A DNA stretch of 64,000 bases from the NCBI GenBank assembly GCA_964016885.1, contig OZ024742.1:240870001-240934000 (forward strand), given 5' to 3'. This DNA comes from Eledone cirrhosa (lineage: Eukaryota). Each line of letters opens with the position of its first letter. The first letter of the stretch is position 1. Positions 23,500 through 38,110 of the stretch are shown here, piece after piece. The position numbers were made by a program, and so were the translations under genes. The notes beneath the pieces are model-generated. The model did no database searches and was not told where the DNA came from. It saw nothing but the letters and a program-made list of their open reading frames with translations.

Positions 23500-26140
23500 T
23501 ATGAAAGAAAACGAGGTATCTACATAACTGAAAGTATAAGGAAAAGAAATGGAAAATGCAACTGGTGTGTTTCTAAGAATATTTATTTATTTCCTTTACC
23601 GGTTTCACAGTTCTTATGCTTTACAAAAGTATAATTGAGATGGAAGGGTTGTGGTTTGTCTCGCATCTGATTCATGTTCGAAAGTTCTTTGTGTTTTATG
23701 TGGAAAGAGTGGCTCGAATTGCTGTTTTTTAAAAAAAGTAATTTGGTTGGTTGTTGACTTTCACGCGAATAAGTACAACAATTTCACGCCAGTTCGTGTT
23801 GTATTTGCCTGAAAAAATGTGGCTCAAATTATTGTTTTTCTATAAGTGTAATTTGGTTGGTTGATGACTGTCACGTGAATAAATACAAGAAATTTCGCGG
23901 CACTTCGGTTCTTTATTGCTATTACAATTGTTAAACACAGTCACATGATTGGCCATGTAATATATGTACCAGAAAAGGATGGTGTGTCATAGAAAGTTTT
24001 GTGCCAAACAAAAGATAATGGTCAAGAAATGGGTAGGGGATGGGTGGGGGAAATAGTTCTGGTATCTGTGGGTATGGTAGATATCGTGCTGAAGTGTCAA
24101 AATTCAGATTTCTATTGAAATAAATTGAATGTTTGTGTCGATAGTGGTTGCGGCGGCGATGGTAGTGGCAGGGTAGAAAAGAGAAATATAATTTTTATTT
24201 GTGTCTGTAGCAAAGCGGTTTATCGTCTTGATAATAGAAATAAAAAATATTCCATTAGTAGAAATGGAGAAGGGTGTTATGTGTGTATGTGTATATGTGT
24301 AGAGGTTTTGGTTAGCATATTAAGGTATTATTGGCAGTATCGGTAGAGGGTCGGACGCCATGCTTTCTAGCATAGTTACGTCTCTTTACGATCTGAGTTC
24401 AAATCCCGCCGAGGTTGACTTTGCCTTTCATCCTTATGGGGTCGATAAAATAAAGTACCAGTAATGTACTGGATAATTGCTGGCTTTGTGCCTAAAGTAG
24501 AAACAATTATATTAACGTATGTTAAAGTAGCTCAGGTCTTTTATTTTCGAATATAGAGAAGGCTGTTATGTATGTGTGTGTGAATGGTTAGTATGTTATG
24601 GTGTTAACATATTAATGTATTTTAAACTATATTTAATGCTGGTCTATATTTTTGAATAAACATATTTTCCTTATTTATTCGTATTTGGTCTGTTGTATTG
24701 TCAGTGCAGAGATAAAGTGGGAAGACTTGGAATTTCGATGTCTTATTGTTTGCACATATGTCTAGATCTTGTGGCAGGGTCTCGTAATTGTTGGCGATGA
24801 ATTGTCATTCTGTTTCTGAGGGTGAGTTTAGTTTGCCCTATATAATCATTACATCCTTTACATTTAATGGCGTAAAGAAAAATTTTTGATGAGCTAGTAA
24901 AATGATATTTTACAACAAAATTTTGTCCTGATTGAAATATATACATGGTGCCCTCAATGAGGTGAGTGCAAGTTCCACAATTAGAGCAACCACATTTTTT
25001 GACAGTTGGTGTTGGGTTTGTGGTGGGTAATTTGGCATTGGTGAGTAATGCTTTTAGTGATTTAGGTTGTCTTTTGCTTTCGCTTATTTTGAGTGTTTCA
25101 AGTGCTTTTTTTCATTCTTGGGTCTTGTTTCAAACGTGGGATGTTCTTGTGAATAAAGTTGTATGCTTCCCTATTTCTTGGGTTGTGCGTTGAGTTATAT
25201 GATAGAATATTGGACGTACCTTGAGTTTGTTTCGGTTTTCATAATTATTCAATGTCTATTGCTTTAGCCCTTTCTATTCCATTATCTATAAATAACGGTG
25301 GTTACTGTTTTTCGAGCAGAATTTCCTTTAATTCTTGAAGTCTTATATTCCGCGTTTCATAATTGGAGACAAGTATGCAAATTAATTTTGCTAGATTAAA
25401 AGGGATATTCGTCTTCATGTGCATGTGCTGTGGATGTGGATGGCTGGAGGTGAATAGCAGGTGTTGTTTGGAATCTGTTGTTTGTAGTGGATGTCAGTTT
25501 CAATATTTGCCTTTTTTATGCTTAAGGTGTCAATAAATGGGAGTTGGTCTTGACTGTATTCCATTGTGAATTGGATGTGGTCATTGATACTCTTAATTAA
25601 TTTTTTGAATTCATTTAGTTGGTCGAATGTGTGAGACTATAGAATAAGACAATCATCCAAGTAGCGTTTCCAATTCTCTGACAAATATTTGTGGAAGTTC
25701 AAGTCGTATTTTGATTTGGAATGTTCATATATATGGACTTCCAAGTATGCCATGACTAAGTTGGAGTAAGTTGAAGCGACTTTTGTACCCATCGCAGTTC
25801 CCGATATTTGTTTGCCATCGAAATAAAAAAAAAGTTGTTTTATAAAATGAATTTTAATCCCTCGCTGATGAAGTTTTTTTCTATTCTTTCCGGGATCTCA
25901 CTGGTGTATTTTTCAAGCCAGAATCCTATTGCTTCTAGTCCGTATTGGTGTACGATCGTCGTGTAGAGGTTCACTACATCTAAGGACACAATAATAGTGT
26001 CGTTGTTGACATGTTTGGGAAAGTAGTTTAAGGGTTTCAGGTCGTCTCTTACAAGGTTTGGTATGTGTTTGAGAATTGGTTTTAGTAGTATGTCTATAAA
26101 GTTGCTCAGTCTATGTGTTTCACATTTGCATAACTACGGA
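23500..26140 (-). pseudogene. Decayed, 5'-truncated Penelope-like element (Neptune-like RT + Cys-rich linker + GIY-YIG)
   Basis: Minus-strand fragments LDVVNLYT, GTAMGTKVASTYSNLVMAYLE, WKRYLDDCLI, KKCGCSNCGTC and LYAIKCKGCNDYIGQT..LRNRMTIH, interrupted by stops and frameshifts. The 3' end (23500-23670) is homologous to 41600-41800. Confidence 0.85.
24328..24512 (+). mobile_element. Nin-like SINE inserted in the PLE 3'UTR
   Basis: Family consensus match. Confidence 0.85.
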
Positions 26141-26346
26141 AGCAGGAAGGCAGGAGAAAGTTGCATAACTACGGGCGGAGAGAGGCTAGAAAGGGTGGCA
26201 CACTATCCCATTTCTACCCTCCCTCTAGCAGTAGTTATTCTTACCTTTTTAGCCTCCCTATATCCATAGTTCTTCTTCAATTTCTAGCATCCCTCTTTCA
26301 ATATATATGTATACACACACATACACATATATATATATATGCACAC

Positions 26347-26531
<185 letters not shown>

Positions 26532-26770
26532 AACAAATTTAACTCGAAAGTAGAGTTTTGAAACGCGAGTGTATTAAGATTCTCAGAAAAACGTGAAAAA
26601 TCGGCGCATGGAAGCTGTTAGAGCAGCAAAATACCGTCGAAGCGACGTTGGGTAAAATATTACCCAAAGGACAGAGATCAGCGGCTCGATGTCAGTTGAC
26701 TCGAAGGAAGAAAGAGAAGATAGAATGGAGGAAAAAAGAATGGATGAAAGTGAACAGCTCACAAACTGTT

Positions 26771-26837
<67 letters not shown>

Positions 26838-26856
26838 GTTTATTGTTATTTCGAAC

Positions 26857-26900
<44 letters not shown>

Positions 26901-27261
26901 TGCATTGTCCTGTACCTCGTAAGGGAGTCGTATGGGCGCCGTAATAATATAAGGCATTTCTAGGGCCTTTTTAAACCTTGCGGAACCCAAAGCTCACCAG
27001 GTCTGAATACAACAGATTTTTTTCAGAGAAGGATTGAGAGTGTTTTCAAAATACAGCGAAAGAGCACACATATTGCATCTACTGTAGATATCATTCCCCG
27101 CTCATTCTGATGAAATCTCCAAAATTTCCCCTAAACATCACTTCACTCTCTAATATAAGGTATAAGGACATGACGGTACATCCTTACGGGGTCGATAAAA
27201 TAAAGTACCATTAATGGACTGGGGTGATTGCTGGCTTTGTGCCAAAAGTAGAAACAATTAT

Positions 27262-27452
27262 TATAGAAGAACACCCCCTTCGATTTCAGTGGGAGAAACT
27301 TTTTTCCACTATTTTTTTTCTTTCGTGTGCTATTAACTAATTTAACCTCCTAGATGCTTGCAATGGACATGGAGGTTAGATTAGTTGATAGCACACTGAA
27401 AAAAAAAACAGGAAAAGAATTCTACTGAAATCGAGAGGGGTGTTCTTCTATA
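27262..27452. mobile_element. Fold-back MITE (TA ends, Tc1/mariner-like)
   Basis: TIR tatagaagaacaccccc-ttcgatttcagt / actgaaatcgagaggggtgttcttctata, plus internal inverted repeat gtgtgctattaactaat..attagttgatagcacac. Confidence 0.75.
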
Positions 27453-27756
27453 AATTTACCGATATGACTATTGTTTCCCAAAGTAGGTCACGCAAAAAAA
27501 TGCTAAGGTTCTGAGTGATAAGGTATCTTTTAATAACATTTAATAAAAAATTATATCTTTATCATATGAATACCTTCTCTATCTGTAATAATTTTTGTTT
27601 TATTGAATATCTTGTTAAAATTAAGATGGTGGGGGTTTGTCTGTAAAATATAGGTCTGAGTTCCACAATTTTCAGAAAATAACAAGGTTTCTGAAACAAA
27701 ATAAGCTTAGTGAATATTGCATTAAGTAATGTAATCCTACATACACCTAAAATAAT

Positions 27757-27960
27757 GGTTTCTTATATAAGCACAAGGCAAGCAATTTTGGGAGAGAGGG
27801 GGGAAAATCGATTAAAATCGACCCCAGTGCGTGACTGGTACTTTATTTTATTCACCCCGTAAGGATGAAAGGCTAAGCTAACCTCAGATCATAAAGGGCC
27901 GTAACTCTTTTCTGCAAAGCATGGCGTTCGACCCTCTACCGATACTGCCAATCCACCGCC
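27757..27960 (-). mobile_element. Nin-like SINE
   Basis: Reverse complement of the family. Flanks cctacatacacctaaaataatg / cctacatatacctaaaataatg form a TSD. Confidence 0.85.
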
Positions 27961-29224
27961 CTACATATACCTAAAATAATGAAATGCTAATGGCTGAAGA
28001 AGCGATTTGTTTACCTTACGAAATGTTTATATTTTGATATGATGAAATTTGAAAGTGTTTGCCTATATATTTCCTATGCAACAGAAAGACACATTGCAGT
28101 GTATCTAATTTCTTGTTAAACAAGCTCGGGTATTGAGCCAATATCTTTAATATGTCAAATACTGCCATTTTAGAGTTACTTCACCAACCGAGTTTCTTGT
28201 CGGTTATGTCTGAAACTGTTAGATTAATTCAAACTTTTCTTGACCATCACTGGAACTTCAGCCACAAATAAAATATACTTCCCAGGAATAATGGTTCAAA
28301 GACTTTATTGGCTTGCATTTCCATCGAAAAACAGATAATCGTCGATTTAGAAAGAGAAAACGAATTACACAGGCTATGAGAGGAAGTCACCATAAAACCA
28401 AGCCACTTAGGATATATGATTAAATGAAGTAAGTATTTATTTTTTAGATGAAATTTTATACAATTCAACTTTTTATGTACTATTGCAGTGCCCATTCCAA
28501 GCTCACCGAGTTTGTTAATTAAATGTACATAAATTATAAGTAGCATGACTGCAGTTTAGTGTACTCTTCTGACTTTGTAGCTCAACAAATTTCTTAATAA
28601 TGTATTAGGTTGAATAATAATGTATTCTGTTGAGTTTTTTGCCTAAGTCTGTGCATTTTTAAATTAAAAAAAAAACGCTCATGAATTATTACTCCACCTA
28701 ATATGTTTTCTAATGAGATACTGCCGAAGCATATTTTTGAAGATGTAGATTAAAATTATGTTGATGAAAATAATTTATATGTACGCAATTCCTAGTTGTT
28801 GAAATGCCATTTCCTTGTTGTTGTTATATCCTACAGGTCACGTGAGATAGCCAGCATATTCAACATATCTAAATCAATTGTTTAAAATAATTTCTAGAGA
28901 TTTGCTTCTGTTTTAGTTGAATGTAAGACAGCAGGTTAAAAATTTGGTCAGATTAGCTGTCAAACCTCCAAAGCCCGTTATGGTTGTTTTATGTTTAAAA
29001 TATCTACCGAAAAAGACAAATGATTAAGTCAATCTTTATACAAATGCTAGTTATCGAGTGAAAGAGGTACGTACACACAGATGCTTCTTCAACTGCAGTT
29101 TTATTAAATTGTAGCTAGATTCTTAAATTCTTACATTAAAGATGATACTCTAAATTGTACATTTACTAAATTTTGTTAAAAACTGTGCTAAGCCGAAGTA
29201 ATATTGTTGAACTAAAGTCGACAC

Positions 29225-29294
<70 letters not shown>

Positions 29295-29297
<3 letters not shown>

Positions 29298-31701
29298 TAT
29301 GTACACATACATACATATATGTATACCGACGTACAGTAGTATGTATATATATATATACATACATGCACACATATATATATGCACGTATGGATTCACCGAA
29401 CATTTATTATAATGCTCGGTGTGTTTGTAAACAAACATCCCGTATTAAGCCGTAGTGTCTAGCAACCACCGTTGCTCGTTTGTTCAACACTGACAAAGGA
29501 ACGCTGTACTAGTTTCAAGCTTGTTAGCTATCGTCAGCAACGTATACCTTCCTGCCAGATTGTTGAACGTATATACTTACCTTATGCATATTAACGGCTG
29601 AATAGCCCAATTTGCATATCGAGTGGGTTAATCGGCCGGGTGCACCGAAAACGATAAACGGAAAAAAATGAAACGATATTTCATTTCCCACTCTTAGTAC
29701 GGCTGTTACTTAAATATAAGTATGTACACGTACATACATATATGTATACCGACGTACAGTAGTATGTATATATATATATATACATACATGCACACTTATA
29801 TATATGCACGTATGGATTCACCGAACATTTATTATAATGCTCGGTGTGTTTGTAAACAATCATCCCGTATTAAGCCGTAGTGTCTAGCAACCACCGTTGC
29901 TCGTTTGTTCAACACTGACAAAGGAACGCTGTACTAGTTTCAAGCTTGTTAGCTATCGTCAGCAACGTATACCTTCCTGCCAGATTGTTGAACGTATATA
30001 CTTACCTTATGGATATTAACGGCTGAGTAGCCCAATTTGCATATCGTGTGGGTTAATCGGCCGGGTGCAACGAAAACGATAAACGGAAAAAATGAAACGA
30101 TATTTCATTTCCCACTCTTAGTACGGCTGTTAGTTAAATATAAGTATGTACACGTACATACATATATGTATATCTAGCAACGGTGGTTGCTAGACACTAC
30201 GGCTTAATACGGGATGTTTGTTTACAAACACACCGAGCATTATAATAAATGTTCGGTGAATCCATACGTGCATATATATATGTGTACATGTATGTATATA
30301 TATATATACATACTACTGTACGTCGGTATACATATATGTATGTACGTGTACATACTTATATTTAAGTAACAGCCGTACTAAGAGTGGGAAATGAAATATC
30401 GTTTCATTTTTTCCGTTTATCGTTTTCGGTGCACCCGGCCGATTAACCCACTCGATATGCAAATTGGGCTACTCAGCCGTTAATATGCATAAGGTAAGTA
30501 TATACGTTCAACAATCTGGCAGGAAGGTATACGTTGCTGACGATAGCTAACAAGCTTGAAACTAGTACAGCGTTCCTTTGTCAGTGTTGAACAAACGAGC
30601 AACGGTGGTTGCTAGACACTACGGCTTAATACGGGATGTTTGTTTACAAACACACCGAGCATTATAATAAATGTTCGGTGAATCCATACGTGCATATATA
30701 TATGTGTGCATGTATGTATATATATATATATACATACTACTGTACGTCGGTATACATATATGTATGTACGTGTACATACTTATATTTAAGTAACAGCCGT
30801 ACTAAGAGTGGGAAATGAAATATCGTTTCATTTTTTCCGTTTATCGTTTTCGGTGCACCCGGCCGATTAACTCACTCGATATGAAAATTGGGCTACTCAG
30901 CCGTTAATATGCATAAGGTAAGTATATACGTTCAACAATCTGGCAGGAAGGTATACGTTGCTGACGATAGCTAACAAGCTTGAAACTAGTACAGCGTTCC
31001 TTTGTCAGTGTTGAACAAACGAGCAACGGTGGTTGCTAGACACTGCGGCTTAATACGGGATGTTTGTTTACAAACACACCGAGCATTATAATAAATGTTC
31101 GGTGAATCCATACGTACATGTATATATGTGTGTATGTATGTATATATATATATACATACTACTGTACGTCGGTATACATATATGTATGTACGTGTACATA
31201 CTTATATTTAAGTAACAGCCGTACTAAGAGTGGGAAATGAAATATCGTTTCATTTTTTCCGTTTATCGTTTTCGGTGCACCCGGCCGGTTAACCCACTCG
31301 ATATGCAAATTGGGCTACTCAGCCGTTAATATGCATAAGGTAAGTATATACGTTCAACAATCTGGCAGGAAGGTATACGTTGCTGACGATAGCTAACAAG
31401 CTTGAAACTAGTACAGCGTTCCTTTGTCAGTGTTGAACAAACGAGCAACGGTGGTTGCTAGACACTACGGCTTAATACGGGATGTTTGTTTACAAACACA
31501 CCGAGCATTATAATAAATGTTCGGTGAATCCATACGTGCATATATATATGTGTGCATGTATGTATATATATATATACATACTACTGTACGTCGGTATACA
31601 TATATGTATGTACGTGTACATACTTATATTTAAGTAACAGCCGTACTAAGAAATGAACAGCCGTACTCAAGATAATGAAATATCGTTTCATTTTTTCCGT
31701 T

Positions 31702-31702
<1 letters not shown>
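29295..31702. mobile_element. Array of 422-425-bp non-coding units, each with a minimal hammerhead (retrozyme-like). About 2 units on minus, then about 3.5 on plus.
   Basis: HHR cores at 29537(-), 29962(-), 30537, 30961 and 31383(+). Orientation switches at about 30173-30194. (TA)n on both outer ends. Confidence 0.9.
30532..30572 (+). ncRNA. Minimal type I hammerhead (representative of the 422-bp unit)
   Basis: cgttg-CTGACGA-t-agct-aaca-agct-t-GAAA-ctag-TA-cagcg, GUA site after 30567. Identical at 30956-30996, 31378-31418, 58409-58449, 58831-58871 and, on minus, 29502-29542 and 29927-29967. Confidence 0.9.
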
Positions 31703-31733
<31 letters not shown>

Positions 31734-31751
31734 TGTATATATATATATATA

Positions 31752-32487
<736 letters not shown>

Positions 32488-32516
32488 TGTACATGTATAT
32501 ATATATATACATATAT

Positions 32517-32692
32517 ATAAGTATGTATACGTACGTACATATATGTATACCGACGTACAGTAGTATGTATATATGTATACATACATGCACACATATATAT
32601 ATGTACGTATAGATTCACCGAACATTTATTATAATGTTCGGTGTGTTTGTAAACAAACATCCCGTATTAAGCCGTAGTGTCTAGCAACCATC
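32517..32692 (-). mobile_element. Truncated fragment of the 422-bp unit
   Basis: Matches 29295-29470; lies between TA tracts. Confidence 0.85.
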
Positions 32693-32776
<84 letters not shown>

Positions 32777-33212
32777 TGCTCCTAGTTTGAGCTGCAAGCC
32801 GCCTCATATATACGACTGTTATTTCTAGCAGTACGGTTATGAGACTAGTTAGATACTGTAAAGCCATGTGCGTCACGCAGTCTTTTAAATTATTTAGAAG
32901 TGAAGCATATCAATTTGTCTCTGGATGTTTACTGAGGAGGGCAGGACATGATATTCCTACACTTATTTAACTCGAAACATATTTGGATCTTAAAGTCTAA
33001 ACTTATCTACGGAACAGGTTTGATTTTGAAATTTAAATGTGTCTAAACATCACGGCCTCTTGGCAATACAGTTTGTCTCCGTTGATTTATTATTTTAAAT
33101 CGATATGGACAAACTGTAGTATAATAATTAGTATACTTCAATCTGGCTAAATTTTTCTTTTGCAATATATATACAGATGTGTTGGTATCTGTGTTTCATC
33201 ACATACATATTA

Positions 33213-33336
<124 letters not shown>

Positions 33337-34334
33337 GTACATGTGTATATATATATATATAAACGCAAACACTTTTACCAACACACACACACACATAGAA
33401 TAAGGAAATACAAAGTAGTTGAGATGTTACAGTCCTTTATCGATAAGGCCGTCATACATATTTCGATGACGACAGTGGCCACGTGATTCTGATCGCATCA
33501 GAGAGCTTCTTACATAATGTTACAATCAGGAGGTAATCCAGAATTGAAGTGACAAGGAGCGGATGTATATGTATGTGTATGTGTGTGTATATGTATGTGT
33601 ATGTGTATGTGCGTGTATATGTATGTGCGTATATGTATGTCTATGTGTCCCTGTATGTATGCGTACTTACCATGCTCTTTACATGTATTCATTTCTTTAT
33701 CTCTTCCTTAATAAACGAAAAAGAATTTGTAAACTGAAGGGAGAAAATAAGCGTGTTTTTCTCACCGACTTAAGTTGTGCCTCCAAATTTTCGAGGAAAG
33801 AAAATGTGGAAACTAATCGATATCTTGTCTAAAGAACAAACTATTTTGATTTGTACATCAGAGGTTCTCAAACATTTTGGGCCACCGAGCCCCTCATGGC
33901 CACATCATACCCTCAGTGTTCCCAACCCTATTTCCAGACAGAGAGACCTGCCTACACGCAAATCTACGATTGTTCTTGTTCAATGTATGATGAACTAATT
34001 GTTGTGTTACTACTTATATATATATGTATATATATATATATATATTGTTGTACCTGATATATATTGTTATATTGATATAGCAGGAAGAGGGTCTTAAAGT
34101 TTCGGATGCTAGTCCTTCATCAGAAGAAAGAATGAGAAATTAGATAGATTTAAGGGATAGGCAGAGTAGAATTGGAAAAAATGTTCCGTTTCGAGAGCTA
34201 GATCCGAACCTAGCTGTTGAAACGGCCGGAGCTCAGCCGTCGGGATCCTGACTCTTTTCCTATTACCTACTCTACTACCCCAGGTATCGAGTACTCTGGT
34301 GGGTTATGGTCCACCTGGTATCTTACCATACCCT

Positions 34335-35591
<1,257 letters not shown>

Positions 35592-35592
35592 C

Positions 35593-35626
<34 letters not shown>

Positions 35627-35752
35627 GTATATAGGAAAAGACTCAGGACGCCGACGGCTGAGCTCCGGCCGTTTCGAAAGCTAGATCTACCCTAAGTCTT
35701 GAGTACTCTGGTGCGTTATAGTCCACCTGGTATCTTACCCACACCTTCTTTG

Positions 35753-35790
<38 letters not shown>

Positions 35791-36170
35791 TACATAATCA
35801 CACACAAGAAGAAACTGCTGAATAACAGAATTGAACGAACATTATTCTGCCGTCACAGAACTAAAACCCTTTTTTCCCACTACAAGCAGAATATTACATA
35901 AAAGAGGGACATCCCCCAACTATATAAACCTTAATCTAGTTAGAAAAATATAAAAACAATCTCTTCTCAACATATATTAATAACCTTAAATTACCATACT
36001 AATAATGAAAAGATATGCTGATGAGAATAGGTACAAATATGCGATAATGAATGTGTCTAAAAACGTCCATAAGTATGTATATATATGTGAAAATGTATAT
36101 AAATAAGTAAATATATATATATGTTTGATGTGTATAGTTAGATGTAAGTGTATTCATGTATTAAAGTGCT

Positions 36171-36203
<33 letters not shown>

Positions 36204-36226
36204 ATATGTGTGTATATATGTATGTG

Positions 36227-36257
<31 letters not shown>

Positions 36258-36850
36258 GTATATGTATATATGTATATATATATATGTGTATGTATGTATG
36301 TGTATATGGATGTGTATGTATGTGTATGTGTGTACACATGGACTAGAGTATGTATGTATATATGTGTGTGTCTATACGTGTGTATATATAAAGATAAGTT
36401 GAGTATGAAAATGTATACACATGAGCGCGTATGTATGTACATGAATACATGTGTGTATATATATGTGTATGCATGTGTATATATATGTAAGTATGAATAT
36501 GTGAATTGTGAGTATATGTATTTTGTAGAGGTGTGCAAATATATTTGTGTGTGAATGCGTGGGTGAAAGAATACGTACACTTGAAAGAAAAATTTAAGTC
36601 TGAATGTTAAGTGCAAACACAAAACCAACCACGCATATCTTTACTATCTCTAATCCTTCTATAGATTTAGAAAAATAACCAATAATATATTCTATAAAAA
36701 ATGTCAAAACAACAGATGGGAATCTAATTAATCACTGCCACCAAGAATTCTCACTGCTATCGAAAAACCACTCCTTCAACTATTCTTCTAACAACTTCAC
36801 CCCTTCCTCCTAATATTCTCTATAAAAACTAAATAGGTCCTCAGTAATAT

Positions 36851-36965
36851 TATTCTGATGAAATGACAGTAAACAATAACATTGAAATATTGAATGTCTG
36901 CATAACTAAAAGTTTGTAGATAGCTGTTTTAGGTTATGTAACTGTTATAGAAACACGTGTCAATA
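36851..36965 (+). ncRNA. Type I hammerhead with extended stem II
   Basis: tatt-CTGATGA-a-atgacagt...actgttat-a-GAAA-cacgtg-TC-aata. (TA)n about 40 nt downstream. Confidence 0.7.
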
Positions 36966-37000
36966 AATTCCTTTCAACTAAACTGTATCCATTCAAATCT

Positions 37001-37122
<122 letters not shown>

Positions 37123-37461
37123 CTGTGTGTGTATGTGAACGTGTGTGTGTGAACGTATTACTAACAATGCATATGTATACTTGTGTATCTGTAAGTTTAA
37201 CGTATGCTTTACAGCAGCTTCTATTTGTGTATATCATGAAGACACTTTAGAAGACCGATGACTTTTGCTCTCCTCCCCTTTTCTGACTTTTTATTGTATT
37301 TCATGAATTCTAAATAAAATATTTAGAACGGTTTACTCAGATTTTAGTACTTGCGGCTGACAGATGACCAACACATCCTGTTCAATCATTTGTGATATAG
37401 ACTATAAGACAAACAACAACAAGAAATGCTGCTGAAGCTGCCGCCGCCGCCGGTGCTGCTG

Positions 37462-37509
<48 letters not shown>

Positions 37510-37527
<18 letters not shown>

Positions 37528-38110
37528 AATACTACTTAAGCAACCCTATTTTATTGCATGTTTTCTCTGTGCAACCTAACACTGCTCTGGGAGTGTCTGG
37601 TACAAGAAGTATGTTGTTTTGTTATGTCTATTGTATTGACATATAAGTGCAATGCCTAACAGTTTCATTTTTCTATATATTGTTTATATGTTTACATCCA
37701 GGGATTTTAGTTAGGTACTGTCTGCATTTTTTAAAATCATTCCCATGTTACCTATTATAAAGGGGCTTATTTCTGCTTTCATTTCCTACACTCTGCTTAT
37801 CTATATTTTCTTTCTATATATTTGGGTGATTTCCCTATTTCTTTTACAGAGATAAATTATCGCCTTTTGGGACTGATAGGTGACACTTCCGTTCCAGATA
37901 GCTCTTGATAGCAATATCCGGTAGATTAGAATTTATTTCCCTGGATGTATGAATTAGCACATCCGAGAGAGTATGGTCCCTTCGTCGTTGTCTGGGAATT
38001 TATTTTTAATATCTACCGTCTCATTTCTGTCGGTTGTTTTATAACCTCAGACCAGCTCCGATCGCAGGTAGTTGGTCTAATAACTGGGCAGGATCCTCAA
38101 ATCTGTTTTT
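37510..38110 (-). pseudogene. Decayed 3' fragment of an R4/Dong-like RLE LINE ending at (TAG)n
   Basis: Minus-strand peptide remnants IHTSREINSNLPDIAIK, SVPKGDNLS, PFIIGNMGMI and YLTKIPG resemble the RLE C-terminus. Abuts (CTA)n at 37463-37505. Confidence 0.6.

Noticed and set aside
27100-27130. Isolated CTGATGA/CTGAGGA words (also ~2091, 12606, 32932, 33495)
   Set aside because: No convincing stem I/II/III arrangement with GAAA and NUH.
30455-30465. Octamer ATGCAAAT in the 422-bp unit as an snRNA-type promoter element
   Set aside because: Single short motif, mutated in some units, with no recognisable PSE; insufficient evidence.
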